From positions 1 to 40,566 of the forward strand of contig CAYUTF010000022.1 of the NCBI GenBank assembly GCA_964447495.1: 40,566 nt of DNA, written 5' to 3'. Every line of letters starts with the position of its first letter. Position 1 is the first letter of the stretch. Origin of the DNA: an uncultured archaeon. GTDB lineage: Archaea; Asgardarchaeota; Lokiarchaeia; Sigyniarchaeales; SOKP01. Under the pieces are notes generated by a model, which searched no databases, was not told the origin of the DNA, and was given only the letters and a program-made list of their open reading frames with translations. Positions 39,723 to 40,566 of the stretch are shown here, one piece after another. Made by a program: the position numbers and the translations under genes.

Positions 39723-40400
39723 ATGACAAAAAAAGATGAAAATAATGAGGAAGATGATGAGGATGAGGAAGATGATGATGGAGATAAAGTTGCTGATCCT
39801 TTTAATTTCTTTAAATCTTTAGGCGATCCAAATAAGCTTTTTAAAAATATTGATCCTTCGAACATGTTGAATTCAAAAGAATTCCAGCACATTTTCAAGG
39901 AAATTTTTAAACAAATTGCTAATAATTTACCTAAGGAATTACAGGGGTTATCTCCCGAAGATGTTATGAGAGAATTTATGAAAAATCGAGATAAATTTGG
40001 ATTTAAGGGTCCGATTATGTATGGTTTTAATATAAATTTTGGTCAAGACGGGAAGCCTACTATTGACTCTTTTGGAAATATAAAAAAGACGCCATATTCT
40101 GGGAAACCCAAAGTTAAAGAAGTAAGGGAACCATTAGTTGAGGTAAATGAAGATGGTAAAAAGATTATCGTTATCGCAGAAATGCCCGGTGTGTCCCGTG
40201 ATGACATTGAATTAAAAGCAACATCAAATTCTATTACAATTTCAACTAGAGAAGGAATTGTTAGTAGAAATTACTATAAAGAAGTTGAATTACCTGCTAC
40301 TATTGACTCCAATTATGCCAAAGCTCGCTATACTAACGGAATCTTAGAAGTAACTTTAAAAAAAATTGATGAAAAACAGACTAACATAAAAATCGATTAA
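39723..40400 (+). CDS. hsp20: Archaeal small heat-shock protein (Hsp20/alpha-crystallin)
   Basis: GPIMYGF...G.DGKP.I..FGN, REPLVEV, AEMPGV, YYKEVELP and A.Y.NGILEV motifs; C-terminal IKI motif; acidic N-terminus. Confidence 0.92.
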   Translation: MTKKDENNEEDDEDEEDDDGDKVADPFNFFKSLGDPNKLFKNIDPSNMLNSKEFQHIFKEIFKQIANNLPKELQGLSPEDVMREFMKNRDKFGFKGPIMYGFNINFGQDGKPTIDSFGNIKKTPYSGKPKVKEVREPLVEVNEDGKKIIVIAEMPGVSRDDIELKATSNSITISTREGIVSRNYYKEVELPATIDSNYAKARYTNGILEVTLKKIDEKQTNIKID

Positions 40401-40415
40401 TCGATATTATAAAAG

Positions 40416-40439
40416 ATCGTGAAACGCCAATTTCACGAT
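40416..40439 (+). terminator. Hairpin downstream of hsp20 (terminator or stability element)
   Basis: ATCGTGAAA-CGCCAA-TTTCACGAT, a perfect 9-bp stem followed by TTT. Confidence 0.5.
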
Positions 40440-40566
40440 TTTAAAACCATTCTAAAATAACATCTCTATATATATAGTGATAATACATTTGGGATCACTC
40501 TATATTTTTCAAATACAAAAAGATCATTTACTGAACTTTGGTAAGGTTATTGTTATATCATGAATA

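Noticed and set aside
1-40566. CRISPR arrays, tRNA or rRNA genes, and further introns with the same AUUUA hairpin
   Set aside because: I saw no repeat-spacer array or GC-rich structural RNA. Other TATTTAA occurrences I checked lacked the flanking stem. In-frame introns with other loops cannot be excluded by eye.

Overview
AT-rich archaeal chromosomal segment. The gene families and protein style point to an Asgard archaeon, probably Lokiarchaeia/Promethearchaeota (inference). Contents: an ABC-2 exporter cluster (1-8.7 kb); methanofuran-related genes (mfnA, two mfnB, ftr); an AOR-family oxidoreductase operon preceded by a ModE-box-like palindrome; a dead ISH3-like transposase; Fe-S and flavin proteins; a two-component system with a REC-ArsR regulator; tandem GlcD-like FAD oxidases separated from their Fe-S partner by a double-HNH cassette; a longin-like protein; an AAA+ ATPase; and Hsp20. 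The main result is that two unrelated protein-coding genes (ABC ATPase 2446-3502 minus; Fe-S oxidoreductase 33523-34789 plus) are each interrupted inside an essential motif by a 31-nt insert with an in-frame stop. Both inserts fold with their flanks into a canonical bulge-helix-bulge (BHB) motif. They share the same bulged hairpin with an AUUUA loop and are clamped by long exon-exon helices. Cutting at the standard EndA positions restores the frame and the motif exactly. This looks like a family of tRNA-type (BHB) mRNA introns. All of it was read by eye; no searches or folding programs were run.
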